Counted from the first letter of the stretch, positions 39,331-49,175 are shown. The stretch: 64,000 nucleotides of DNA from Candidatus Brocadiia bacterium (GCA_050015075.1 JBEKCB010000029.1:1-64000), one strand, 5' to 3'. Made by a program: numbers and translations. Notes: generated by a model not told the origin, from the letters alone.

Positions 39331-40590
39331 TCATCCCCAGTTCCAGTCGGGCCGGCGCTGGTTCAGGGCCACGCCCACTTGGAAGGGCATGGCCTTACCG
39401 CCTGGCCCGATGTGCCACACGCCCGTCTGGCGGTGCTCGTCGAGGTCGAGAGTCGTAATATCCGACCAGGCGAACATGCGAATGCGGTACATCTGCAATC
39501 CCCTGGGGTCTCGCACGCGCCGCCACAGCGCCTGTTCCGGGCCCGCCTCGGGCCGGCGCTCGCCGGCGGTCGTCTCGCCGCGCTGATGGATCGGCTCGGA
39601 GAACCGGAAATCCCGGACCGTCCGCCCGTCGCCGCCGTCGCACAGAAGCCAGACGAAGAAGTGCGTCGTTCCATGATAGACCGGTTCCAGGCGCAGGCCG
39701 TCGAGCAGGGCGGCGCGGTCCACGCCCCACGCCTCGCAGAGACGGCCGAGCGTTTCGCCGGCAAACGATCCTCTCACGTCATGATGCCGCCCGATGGCGG
39801 CATGGGTGCGAACCCGCAGGCTGCTCAGTCGGGCGCGGCGCTCGGCGAGGAACCGGACCATCGCCGGGAGTGTGTCGTCGTTCACGCCGGGGACGAGTGT
39901 GACGGACACGACCGGCTCAATCTCCGAGCGCATCAGGTTCTCGAGCGCAGCGAGCTTCTGCTGGAGCAGCGCGCGGCCTTCAATCGCCATGAAGACCCGC
40001 TCATCCAGACCGTTCAGCGAGAACAGGCACCGCCTGAGGCCGGCGTCCGAAAGCCGGGAGACCAAAGCCGGGTCCTGCAGCGCCAGCCCGTTCGTTGCGA
40101 TGCAGGTGTCCCGTTCCCGGCGGACGGCGTAGGAAATGAGATCCGGCAGGTCTTCCCGGACGGTCGGCTCTCCGCCCGAGAACACTATGAACGGGCCCTC
40201 GAAATCGTCTATCATGCGCCGGACCGCCCGAGGACTGGGGTCTGGAATCGCGTCGTCCGGGTAGAAGCACATGCTGCAGTGCAGGTTGCAGCGGTGGGTA
40301 ATAGGGATGACGAGTGTGACACCGGGCCGCGCGGGCGGGTCGGGGTTCATCAGGGCGCGGTAGACGGCCTCCTCCTGCTCCACCTGCGCGCGGAACGGCC
40401 CGTGGTCGGGACAGGCCTTTTCCATGAAGACACCTTCCGGCTCAGCGACGACCGTGGCCGGGATTTCGCGGCAGCACTGTGGGCAGAGACTGCGGGCGTG
40501 CTCCTTCAGCACGCGACGCTCGTCCGCATTAAAAGGGCAAGCGCCGCCGGGGTTCGCCCGGCGGCGCTTGGAATCGGAAGTATAGGTCAT
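39331..40590 (-). CDS. Radical SAM protein, MJ0619/Tes-like with N-terminal metal ribbon
   Basis: SLCPQC...MEKACPDHG ribbon; CNLHCSMC; FSGGEPT; ATNG. Confidence 0.88.
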   Translation of the reverse strand: MTYTSDSKRRRANPGGACPFNADERRVLKEHARSLCPQCCREIPATVVAEPEGVFMEKACPDHGPFRAQVEQEEAVYRALMNPDPPARPGVTLVIPITHRCNLHCSMCFYPDDAIPDPSPRAVRRMIDDFEGPFIVFSGGEPTVREDLPDLISYAVRRERDTCIATNGLALQDPALVSRLSDAGLRRCLFSLNGLDERVFMAIEGRALLQQKLAALENLMRSEIEPVVSVTLVPGVNDDTLPAMVRFLAERRARLSSLRVRTHAAIGRHHDVRGSFAGETLGRLCEAWGVDRAALLDGLRLEPVYHGTTHFFVWLLCDGGDGRTVRDFRFSEPIHQRGETTAGERRPEAGPEQALWRRVRDPRGLQMYRIRMFAWSDITTLDLDEHRQTGVWHIGPGGKAMPFQVGVALNQRRPDWNWG

Positions 40591-41252
40591 GCCGCTGGCT
40601 GACGGCGGCGCAGGGCCGCCAGACCCGCCGCGCCCATCGCCAGGAGGGCCAGGGTCGTCGGCTCCGGGACCGAGGTGGTGTCGGGCACGTGGATGGGGCT
40701 GCCATCGTCCTGGAATGCGTATGCGAACAACGTTGCGCTGTCATACGCGTTCATCTGCAGGTCCGCCCAGCCGTACAGCGGGGTGCCGGCGTCGTCGAAT
40801 TGCAGGCCCAAGTACGCGCGCGTCCCCGGCGCCCAGTCTCCGAACGAGCGGGTCCCGCCCGCGCTCACCAGGTTTACACCCATGAACAGGGATCTATAGA
40901 CGGTAGCCGACGGGCCCATGTTGTGACTGGCCGGAACCGGCAGAGCCTTGGCGTCTATCCCCTCGATGGCCGCCCCTGGCTGGACCCCCCGAATGACCAT
41001 GGCGTTGATACTTGAGTTTCGCGCGTTTTTGATAGCGAACTGATCGTTCGGTCCCGGCGCAGACGGATTCGTCATGACATTCCCGGCCAGGTCGAAGCTC
41101 AGCAGGTACTGATTGTCCCCTGTGCCCGTCCAACCGCCCGGTGTGGTGAAATACTCGATGGTGGCCTGTGCCGAGCCACCCGCAGCAAATACAGCTCCAA
41201 CTGCCGCCGAGTACGCGACCAACTTCTTATCCAATAGCATCTTGGCCCTCAT
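40587..41252 (-). CDS. PEP-CTERM sorting domain protein
   Basis: Signal peptide KKLVAYSAAVGAVFAAGGSAQA; C-terminal VPEPTTLALLAMGAAGLAALRRR; RBS GAGGAGG before ATG 41252. Confidence 0.92.
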   Translation of the reverse strand: MRAKMLLDKKLVAYSAAVGAVFAAGGSAQATIEYFTTPGGWTGTGDNQYLLSFDLAGNVMTNPSAPGPNDQFAIKNARNSSINAMVIRGVQPGAAIEGIDAKALPVPASHNMGPSATVYRSLFMGVNLVSAGGTRSFGDWAPGTRAYLGLQFDDAGTPLYGWADLQMNAYDSATLFAYAFQDDGSPIHVPDTTSVPEPTTLALLAMGAAGLAALRRRQPAA

Positions 41253-41330
41253 CTGATCTCTCCTCCTCGCAACAGTAAGCCGAGTGCCTCCCAACAGCCC
41301 CCAATGCGGAGACAGCCTTAGCTTTCCCCA

Positions 41331-41346
41331 AGCAATTCCTGTTCCT
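41331..41346 (-). promoter_or_regulatory. Possible sigma54 -24/-12 promoter of the PEP-CTERM operon
   Basis: Minus strand AGGAACAGGAATTGCT (GG-N10-GC spacing); TGT-N12-ACA inverted repeat at 41466-41483 further upstream. Confidence 0.35.
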
Positions 41347-41604
41347 TATAGTTGCACGGCAATCAGAATTGCGCCATATTGTCCTAAGACACTGTTTGAT
41401 AAGGAAATACCTTTGTGGTCCGCGATTGTCCGTCATAGCCTTGCTATACCGCGGCCTGCCAAGAATGTCGTGTCTTCTAAACACATTTTAGCCGCGACTG
41501 TCCATAACCAATTTCCAAACAGCGGCTTGCGAATAACGCCACGATCCTGGTTCGCGTGTTGACTATACTCTACACAAGGGTTGCGGGACGCCCAACGTCT
41601 CAAG

Positions 41605-42963
41605 TCAAGGACGGCCGCTTGTCGAGGGCGATTGAAGGGCGGCGTCGAGGGAAAGCAGCGCGCGCACCAGTTCGTCGTGAACGTCGGCGAACGGAACGGT
41701 CCCGCCCATGAGCGGAACGAAGCCCGCCGCATAACCGGTGGCCTTGGCTGCGGTTTCGCGATCGGGCGCGTAGCCGAGGGTGTCGTTGGTGATGCCCATG
41801 ACCAGCGGGAGCGGCGCCTTGGCTTTCGCGACGACTTCCTGCTTGATGGCGCGGAAGGTCTCCAGGGGCGATCCGAGGAACTCGATGGGGCCCACGCGGA
41901 TTCCCTGCACGTCCGTCGGCGTCTCGAACGGCTGTCCCGACTCTTTGAGCGCGATCAATCTCCGCAACGCAATGACATAGACCGTGGCAAGGCGGACTTC
42001 GCTGGCCGCGTCATCGGCATTCGGCGCGTGCAGGACCGCCTCCTTCTCCGCGAGCATCGCGCGCAGTTTCTCCAGGTCCCAGGACGCGCGGCGGAACGTC
42101 ACTTCGCGCAGGGCATAGCGGATCGAGTCCACCGTCAATGGCTTCGCCGCTGCAAGTCCCGCGCGCACGGAGCGCGCGTAGCGCTCGGCGATGACATCGA
42201 GAGCGCGGAGCGATATGGCCTCCGGGTGATGGACGAAGCACGCATTGATGTCCCCTTGCGCGCCCTGCAGGAACAGCCCGGTGGCGCCGGGGTTTTCCTG
42301 CTCAATCTTATTCGTGGCGACGCCGGCGTAATCCCCGTGGATGTAGCGCGTCTCTTCGCAGCAGACCACGGGATGGCAGCCGAAGTAACTGAAGAACCCG
42401 ATGGTCCGCCCGTCCGCTTGCGCCTTGAAGACATGGGCCGTGGTATCGGTGAGTTCGGGCTTGGCGGGCCGCCAATCGTCGCGCAGGACGACATTCGGGT
42501 CTTTCTCGCGAACGTCATATTCACGGTTATATGACATCCCTTCGCACGGAACTTCCGCATGAGAGAGCGCGGCCTCGCGCAGGTGCTCGACGGCGTCTAT
42601 GCAGGCCCGGGCGATGCGGCCGGGCAGGATTTCAAGGTAGGGCGCGTCCGGATCGCCCCAGCCGATGGACCTGCCGGTGCTGGGGCCGCTGTGAGTGTGG
42701 GTGCAATGGACCATGATGGCCTCGGCCGGGATGCCGGTGGCGCCGGTGACGAGCTTCCGGACACCCTGCGCCATGGTGCGCGGCACGCCGATCAGGTCGC
42801 AGCTCACGACGACGGCGGTCGCGCCGCCTTGCTCCATCGCCATGGCTCGCGCCCAGAGCCGGTCGCGCACGGCGATGGACTGGCGGTTGCGGAACGGGCC
42901 GAAGCCGGCGAGGTCCACGCCCACGCGCGGCGTAATGTCGCGCCTGCCGAATCCGATCCTCAT
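41605..42963 (-). CDS. Neutral/alkaline ceramidase-like (N-terminal domain) hydrolase
   Basis: GRRDITP, RDRLWARA, CTHTHSGP, GCHPV, FLQGAQGDIN. Confidence 0.8.
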   Translation of the reverse strand: MRIGFGRRDITPRVGVDLAGFGPFRNRQSIAVRDRLWARAMAMEQGGATAVVVSCDLIGVPRTMAQGVRKLVTGATGIPAEAIMVHCTHTHSGPSTGRSIGWGDPDAPYLEILPGRIARACIDAVEHLREAALSHAEVPCEGMSYNREYDVREKDPNVVLRDDWRPAKPELTDTTAHVFKAQADGRTIGFFSYFGCHPVVCCEETRYIHGDYAGVATNKIEQENPGATGLFLQGAQGDINACFVHHPEAISLRALDVIAERYARSVRAGLAAAKPLTVDSIRYALREVTFRRASWDLEKLRAMLAEKEAVLHAPNADDAASEVRLATVYVIALRRLIALKESGQPFETPTDVQGIRVGPIEFLGSPLETFRAIKQEVVAKAKAPLPLVMGITNDTLGYAPDRETAAKATGYAAGFVPLMGGTVPFADVHDELVRALLSLDAALQSPSTSGRP

Positions 42964-42969
42964 GTCAGT

Positions 42970-44229
42970 TCAGCCCTTTGCCTTGGCCGACTTCAAGAGC
43001 TCGGCGCGGCCTTCGTAGATCTTCGCGATGGCGTCCATCAGGAGGCCGGCGCGCGCCGGCGGGCAGCCGAAGAAGCGCCAGCCGGTCACAATGGCGCTGT
43101 CCTTCCAGAGGTCGTCGGCCACGGGCAGGTGCCAGCGCGCCGGCGTAATCGCCTTGACGTAAGCCGGGCTCAGCTTATGCCGCCGCTTGAGCTGGGGAGA
43201 ATAGAGGTCGCTGTGCGAAAGCGGCGTGTAGGTGCTCCCGAACCCGACGCCCAGTTCCGCGGAAAGGGCGCGGCGGAACGCGGCGCCGCTCAGGCCGTCG
43301 AACGCTTCCTTGTCGTACCGGAAAACGAAGCAGTATCCGCACTGGCGCGTAATGTGCTTGTCGCGGCGCAGCGGTTTCACGCCGGGCGCCGCGGCCACGG
43401 CCTTGTCAAGCGCCAGGCCGTTGCGGTCAATCAGCGGCGCGTTCTTCCTGAAAGCCGCCAGTTGCCCGCGCAGGATCGCCGCCTGAAAACTGCCCATGCG
43501 GAAATTCCCGCTGTGAATCCTGCAGCCCGGCTTGAATTCCCGGCCACACGCCTTCAAGCTGACGGCCTTCCAATAATAGTCTTCCTTCTGCATCAGCAGG
43601 CAGCCGCCTTCGCCGCCGGTGATCAGCTTGGACATCTGGAAGCTGTAGGAGCCGAAATCGCCCATCGTCCCTGCGCCATGGCCATCCCACTGCGAGCCGT
43701 GTGCGTGGGCGCAGTCCTCGATGATGTGGAGATGGTGTTTCCTGGCGATGCGCCGGATCGCGTTCATATCGGCCATGCGATGGTAGAGATGCACGGGAAT
43801 GATGGCGCGCGTGCGCCGCGTGACGGCCTGTTCCACCTTCAGCGGGTCAATGCACAGCGTCTCGGGATCCACGTCCACCATGACCGGCACGGCGTTGACG
43901 TCGCACACCACCGCGGCGGTGGCCTGCCAGGTCAGGCCGGGGACGATCACTTCGTCGCCGGCTCCGATGTCCAGCGCCTCCAGGGCGATCTGCATGGAAT
44001 GCGTCCCGTTCGTAACCAGGGCGCAGTACTTGGACTTGCTGAACGCCGCCCATTCCTTTCGGAATGCCGCGGCCATGGTCTGCGTCGCCTCCGGCCAGTC
44101 ATCCCACATCCCGCTCTTGTACGCCTGAAGCAGGTACCTCTGCTCAAGGTCGCGGCGCCGCGGAAAGCGGCACTCGCGCTGGAGATTCCTGGCAACAGGA
44201 ACGCCGCCGAGAAGCGCAAGCTTGCTCAC
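42970..44229 (-). CDS. DegT/DnrJ/EryC1/StrS PLP aminotransferase
   Basis: NGTHS, IIPVHLY, IEDCAHAHG, SFQMSKLITGGEGG, GNFRM. Confidence 0.92.
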   Translation of the reverse strand: MSKLALLGGVPVARNLQRECRFPRRRDLEQRYLLQAYKSGMWDDWPEATQTMAAAFRKEWAAFSKSKYCALVTNGTHSMQIALEALDIGAGDEVIVPGLTWQATAAVVCDVNAVPVMVDVDPETLCIDPLKVEQAVTRRTRAIIPVHLYHRMADMNAIRRIARKHHLHIIEDCAHAHGSQWDGHGAGTMGDFGSYSFQMSKLITGGEGGCLLMQKEDYYWKAVSLKACGREFKPGCRIHSGNFRMGSFQAAILRGQLAAFRKNAPLIDRNGLALDKAVAAAPGVKPLRRDKHITRQCGYCFVFRYDKEAFDGLSGAAFRRALSAELGVGFGSTYTPLSHSDLYSPQLKRRHKLSPAYVKAITPARWHLPVADDLWKDSAIVTGWRFFGCPPARAGLLMDAIAKIYEGRAELLKSAKAKG

Positions 44230-44339
44230 GATGTTTCTCCTTTGTACAAGATCGCGCGACGGTTGGGCATCACGCGTCGCAATCTAGCGATTGAGGTTAC
44301 CCCTGTCAAGCGGCCGGAGCCCGTCGTGTGGAGTAGTCC

Positions 44340-46295
44340 ATGATCGGATGTTATACTGCGCCGGTCAAGCCTGCGCAGCCCTGCGGAGAAGAGAGCGCGA
44401 AAGACACAAAGAACGTGACCGATAAAGTGTCCGTCCCTGGTTCACGCACGCTCCTTCAGGCGACTTCGGACGCCGGCAAGCCGAGCGCGGCGCAGCGCCA
44501 ATTCCTCCTGACGGCCCTCATCGTGGCCGCCGCGCTGCTGGTCTACATCCCGGCGATGCAGGGCGGCTTTTTCTGGGACGACCACAGTTTCCTGCTTCGC
44601 AGCGAGCTGATTCATGCCCCCGACGGCCTCCGGCGCTTCTGGCTGACCAGGGAAGCGCCGGATTACTTCCCGCTGACCTCGACCTTGCTTTGGGTCGAGT
44701 GGCGGCTCTGGGGCGCGAGCGCGGCCGGGTATCACGTGGTCAACGCGCTGCTCCACGCGACCGCCGCAGTGCTGGTCTGGCGAGTGCTCCGACGGCTGAA
44801 CATCCCGGGCGCGTGGCTGGCCGGGATCCTCTTTGCGGTCCACCCGGTGGCGGCGGCTTCGGCCGCATGGATCACCGAGGGCAAGAACACGCTGCCGATG
44901 GCGCTTGGCCTGCTTTCGGTCATGGCCTGGCTGACGTACGAGGAGCGTGCGGAGCAGCCTGCCGGGCCGGCAAGACGCTCGAAAGGCTGGTACGCGCTGG
45001 CGATCGTGCTGTTCCTGCTCGCCCTGCTGGCGAAGACCTCCGTGGTCATGCTGCCGGCGGTTCTTCTGCTCTGCGCGTGGTGGCGGCGCGGCCGCATTTC
45101 CGGGAAGGATCTGCTCCGCTCAGTCCCGTTCTTCGCCCTGTCGCTGGGCCTGGGGCTGGTGACGATGTGGTTCCAGAGGCACAACGTCATCGGCGCGACG
45201 CTGGTCCGGCCGGAGGGAATCTGCTCGCGCCTGGCTGCGGCCGGATGGATGGCCTGGTTCTATCTCTTCAAACTGCTGCTCCCCGCCGGCCTGTGCGTCA
45301 TTTATCCGCGCTGGGACGTGGACGGGGCGAGCTTCCTCGCGTTCGCGCCGCTGGCGCTTCTCGTCGCGGGCCTCGCGCTGCTCTGGCTGCGTCGAAAGAA
45401 ATGGGGCCGGGCGCCGCTGTTCGCGGCGGCGTACTTCCTCATCATGCTGCTGCCGGTGCTCGGTTTCGCGGACATGGCGTTCATGAGGTTCTCGCTGGTA
45501 GCGGACCATTTTCAATACGCGGCCATGATCGGCGTGATCGCCTTCGCCGCGGCGCTGCTGAGCCGCGCCGCGGCGGCCGCAGGCGGCAGAGGTTTTGCGG
45601 GCAAATTCGCCGCCGCCGGGTGCGTGGCTGTCCTGGCGGGCCTGACCTGGCAGCGCGCGGCGCTGTATGGGGACGAGGAGCGGCTGTGGAAGGACAACCT
45701 GGCGAAGAGCCCGGCGCCCATCGCGGCCCGGCTGGCGTGGCGCCACCTGGGCGATACGTACGTCCGCGCGGGCCGCTACGACGAGGCGCTCGACAGTTTC
45801 GGCCGCGTCATCGCGCTCGAGCCCGACTCCGCCGACGCGTACTACGATCGCGCCGCCGTTTACTTGGACCTCGGCCGATACCCCAGCGCGATCAGCGACT
45901 ACGACAAGGTGATCGAGCTGTACCCGAACTCCGCAGCCGCCTATAACAACCGCGGCAATGCCTGCGCCGGCGGCGGCCGGCTGCAGGAGGCGGTCCGAGA
46001 TTACGAGAAGGCCATGGCGCTCGAGCCGCGCTCCGCCTTGCCCTGGTTCAACCGCGCGAACGCCCGCAGGCAGCTCGGGCGCACCGCTGAGGCGATCCAG
46101 GATTTCAGCGAGGCGATCGCTCTGAAGCCGGAGTATCCGGAGGCGTACAACAACCGCGCGGCGGCCTATTTCGAACTTCGAGAATACGGCAACGCCCGCG
46201 CGGATATCCAGATGTGCGCGAGGCTCGGCGGCCGGCCCGATCCGGCGCTGGTCCTTGCGCTGACGGAGGCCTCCGGACAGACACTTCCCAAGTGA
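44340..46295 (+). CDS. TMTC-like GT-C membrane protein with C-terminal TPRs
   Basis: FFWDD, YFPLT, YHVVNALLH, LFAVHP, ADHFQY, AYNNRG TPRs; start uncertain. Confidence 0.8.
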   Translation: MIGCYTAPVKPAQPCGEESAKDTKNVTDKVSVPGSRTLLQATSDAGKPSAAQRQFLLTALIVAAALLVYIPAMQGGFFWDDHSFLLRSELIHAPDGLRRFWLTREAPDYFPLTSTLLWVEWRLWGASAAGYHVVNALLHATAAVLVWRVLRRLNIPGAWLAGILFAVHPVAAASAAWITEGKNTLPMALGLLSVMAWLTYEERAEQPAGPARRSKGWYALAIVLFLLALLAKTSVVMLPAVLLLCAWWRRGRISGKDLLRSVPFFALSLGLGLVTMWFQRHNVIGATLVRPEGICSRLAAAGWMAWFYLFKLLLPAGLCVIYPRWDVDGASFLAFAPLALLVAGLALLWLRRKKWGRAPLFAAAYFLIMLLPVLGFADMAFMRFSLVADHFQYAAMIGVIAFAAALLSRAAAAAGGRGFAGKFAAAGCVAVLAGLTWQRAALYGDEERLWKDNLAKSPAPIAARLAWRHLGDTYVRAGRYDEALDSFGRVIALEPDSADAYYDRAAVYLDLGRYPSAISDYDKVIELYPNSAAAYNNRGNACAGGGRLQEAVRDYEKAMALEPRSALPWFNRANARRQLGRTAEAIQDFSEAIALKPEYPEAYNNRAAAYFELREYGNARADIQMCARLGGRPDPALVLALTEASGQTLPK

Positions 46296-46323
46296 CAGCG
46301 GTTCCCTGCGCCGCCCGGCGCTC

Positions 46324-48972
46324 TCAAATCCAGGTCTTCCGGATCAGCCAGACCTTGATGAGCTGAGTCAGTACAATATAGAACAAAAGGGTCAGGATCA
46401 ACAGCGGCCAGTAAAGCGGCGGCAGCGCCTCGAGCTTGAGGTACGACGCGACCGGCGAGAACGGCAGGTACACGCCGATGGCCATGACGACCGCGGAGCT
46501 GAGGATGAGCGGCCAGCTTGCGCGGCTCTGGATGAAGGGAATCTTGTTCGTGCGGATGACGTGGATGATAAGCGTTTGCGTCAGCAACGACTCCACGAAC
46601 CAGCCGGTCTGGAACAGGGAAACGTGCGCCAGGTCCCGGCATTTGAACAAGTAGAACATCATGGCATAGGTGGTGTAATCGAAGATGGAACTGATCGGGC
46701 CGATGAAGATGATGAAGCGGCTGATCTCGCCCATTGTCCAGGGGCGCGGCTTGGCGATCTGCTCCGGGTCCACGTCATCCGTCGGGATCGCAACCTGGGA
46801 AAAATCGTAGAGGACGTTGTTGGTCAGGATTTGAAGCGAGGTCATCGGAAGCCACTGGAACAGGATGCTGGCGCCGAGGACGCTGAACATGTTGCCGAAG
46901 TTGGAACTGGCGCCCATGCGGACGTACTTGATGATGTTGGCGAACACCTTGCGGCCTTCCAGCACGCCTTCCTCAAGAACCAGGAGGCTTTTTTCGAGGA
47001 GGATCACGTCGGCGGATTCCTTGGCGATGTCCACGGCCGTATCCACGGAAATGCCCACGTCGGCGGCGCGCAGCCCGGGCGCGTCGTTGATGCCGTCGCC
47101 GAGGAACCCGACGACGTGCTTGCGGCTCTGGAGCGCCTTGATCACGCGCTGCTTGTGGGCCGGCGAAAGCCGCGCGAAGACGGTCGTCTTTTCCGCCGCC
47201 TCGCCCAGTTGCTCGTCGGTCATCGTCTCGACCTGGCCGCCCAGGAGCATCACGTCGGTCGGCAGACCCACCTCGTGGCAGACCTTGCAGGTCACCAGTT
47301 CGTTGTCGCCGGTGAGCACCTTCACGGCGATGCCGTGCTTCTGCAGCGCGACCAGCGCCGGGCCGGCGCTCTCCTTGGGCGGGTCCAGGAAAACCATGTA
47401 CCCTTTGAGGACCAGGTCCTTCTCGTCTTCCCTGGAATAGGCGTTCTTCTGCTCCAGGTCCTTGTAGGCCACCGCCAGCACGCGGAAACCGTCCTCGCAC
47501 AGCGCGTTGTGTTCCTCGCGCATGTCGTCAACGAAGATTTTCTCCATCGGGTAGAACTTGCCGGCGTATTCGAACTGCGAACAGCGCCGGAAGATTTCCT
47601 CGGACGCGCCCTTGGTGATCAGCCGAAAGCGGCCGTCCGGCGTCTTGACGACCACCGACATCATTTTGCGCTGGAAATCGAAGGGGATCTCGTCCGCCTT
47701 TTCGTAACCGGTAATCGTCACTTCCTTCGGGTCCGCCTCGTGAGCCAGGATGGCCCGGTCCAATACGTTTTTCAGCCCGGTCTGGAAATAGCTGTTCAGA
47801 TACGCCATGGCCATGACCTCGTCATTCTCCTTGCGGAACACATCGAAGTGTTTCTCGAGAATGACGTGGTCCATGGTGAGCGTGCCGGTCTTGTCGGTGC
47901 AGAGGATGTCCATCGCGCCGAAGTTCTGGATCGAGGGCAGGCGCTTGACGATCACCTTCTTCCGCGACATCACGATGGCGCCCTTGGAGAGACAGACCGT
48001 CACGATCATGGGCAGCATTTCGGGTGTCAGTCCCACGGCCACCGACAGCGCGAAAAAGAAGGCGCTCTTCCAGTCGTGCTTGGTCAACCCGTTGATCAGG
48101 AACACCAGCGGGACCATGACCATCATGAAGCGGAGCATCAGCCACGTGAACCGGCTGATGCCTTTGTCGAAGCTGGTCTGGACCTGTTGCGTCACAATGG
48201 CGCTGGCCATGCTGCCCATGTACGTCCGGGCGCCGGTCGCCACGACGAGCGCCACGGCGGTCCCGCTTTCGACGGTCGTGCCCAGGAAGCAGACGTTGGC
48301 CAAGTCCACCGGCGAAGAACTGGCGCCGCCGTTCTGCAGCGTGCTGAATTTCTCGGAGGGCATGGACTCGCCGGTGAGGAAGCTCTGGAGCAGGAACAGG
48401 TCCTTGCAACTGATCAGGCGGATGTCGGCGGGGATCATGTCGCCGGCGGCGAGTTTGATGACGTCTCCGGGAACGAGCTGGCCCAGCGGCAGCTCGCTCG
48501 CCTGGCCGTCGCGGATGACCGTGGCGGTGACCTTGATCATCGCCTTGAGCTTGGCGGCGGCCGAGTCGGCGCGCACCTCCTGGGTGAACCGCAGCGTGAC
48601 GGCCAGGACGAGCAGCGCCAGCATCACGTAGGCGCCGGCGCGGTCCGAAGGTTCGTCCGCCGTGAGATAAGTCACCGTGGCGAGGACCAGCAGGAGGATC
48701 ACCAGCGGATTGATGACGGCCTTGCCCAGGATGGCAAGCTGGGTGTGCTGCTTTTCCTGCCCCAGAGTGTTCGGCCCGTACTGCTCGAACCGGCGCTGCG
48801 CCTCGGCCTGCGTGAGCCCTTGCGGCGAACTCTGCACCTTTTGAAAGAGTTCCTCCGGGCTGAGCTTCGCCGCCTCCAGGAGTTCCGGCGAGACCTGGAT
48901 CTTCTGGAACGACTTTTTCTCCATGAACCGCAGCAGGACCTTCGGCAGCACCGACGTTGGCAAGATGCTCAT
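46324..48972 (-). CDS. mgtA: Magnesium-translocating P-type ATPase
   Basis: TGES, AVGLTPEMLPMI, DKTGTLT, GDGINDAP, ASSNFGNMFS, FQTGWFVES. Confidence 0.95.
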   Translation of the reverse strand: MSILPTSVLPKVLLRFMEKKSFQKIQVSPELLEAAKLSPEELFQKVQSSPQGLTQAEAQRRFEQYGPNTLGQEKQHTQLAILGKAVINPLVILLLVLATVTYLTADEPSDRAGAYVMLALLVLAVTLRFTQEVRADSAAAKLKAMIKVTATVIRDGQASELPLGQLVPGDVIKLAAGDMIPADIRLISCKDLFLLQSFLTGESMPSEKFSTLQNGGASSSPVDLANVCFLGTTVESGTAVALVVATGARTYMGSMASAIVTQQVQTSFDKGISRFTWLMLRFMMVMVPLVFLINGLTKHDWKSAFFFALSVAVGLTPEMLPMIVTVCLSKGAIVMSRKKVIVKRLPSIQNFGAMDILCTDKTGTLTMDHVILEKHFDVFRKENDEVMAMAYLNSYFQTGLKNVLDRAILAHEADPKEVTITGYEKADEIPFDFQRKMMSVVVKTPDGRFRLITKGASEEIFRRCSQFEYAGKFYPMEKIFVDDMREEHNALCEDGFRVLAVAYKDLEQKNAYSREDEKDLVLKGYMVFLDPPKESAGPALVALQKHGIAVKVLTGDNELVTCKVCHEVGLPTDVMLLGGQVETMTDEQLGEAAEKTTVFARLSPAHKQRVIKALQSRKHVVGFLGDGINDAPGLRAADVGISVDTAVDIAKESADVILLEKSLLVLEEGVLEGRKVFANIIKYVRMGASSNFGNMFSVLGASILFQWLPMTSLQILTNNVLYDFSQVAIPTDDVDPEQIAKPRPWTMGEISRFIIFIGPISSIFDYTTYAMMFYLFKCRDLAHVSLFQTGWFVESLLTQTLIIHVIRTNKIPFIQSRASWPLILSSAVVMAIGVYLPFSPVASYLKLEALPPLYWPLLILTLLFYIVLTQLIKVWLIRKTWI

Positions 48973-49175
48973 GCGGCGCCTCCGGCTATGTTCCGACCGT
49001 CAATCGGTTTCAAGTGCGCAAAAGTACCATATCTGCATTCGGGAGAACAAGGTTCAGACCAAACTTTTCTGCACCGGAAGACCGAATGCGTCCGATTGAC
49101 TTTCCGCGGGGCCTGTGATAGAAAGCCCTTTCCGGCTGGCAGTTTCCAAGTTCCCTCATTTGGAAGGAGAGACGG

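Noticed and set aside
36692-39586. 964-aa plus-strand ORF, and similar long antisense ORFs (9314-11629, 20558-22870, 27727-30360, 46561-49179)
   Set aside because: Shadow ORFs opposite well-supported genes in high-GC DNA; no recognisable motifs.
48973-49175. M-box/Mg-sensing leader upstream of mgtA
   Set aside because: No recognisable conserved motif; the short region is shared with a divergent promoter.
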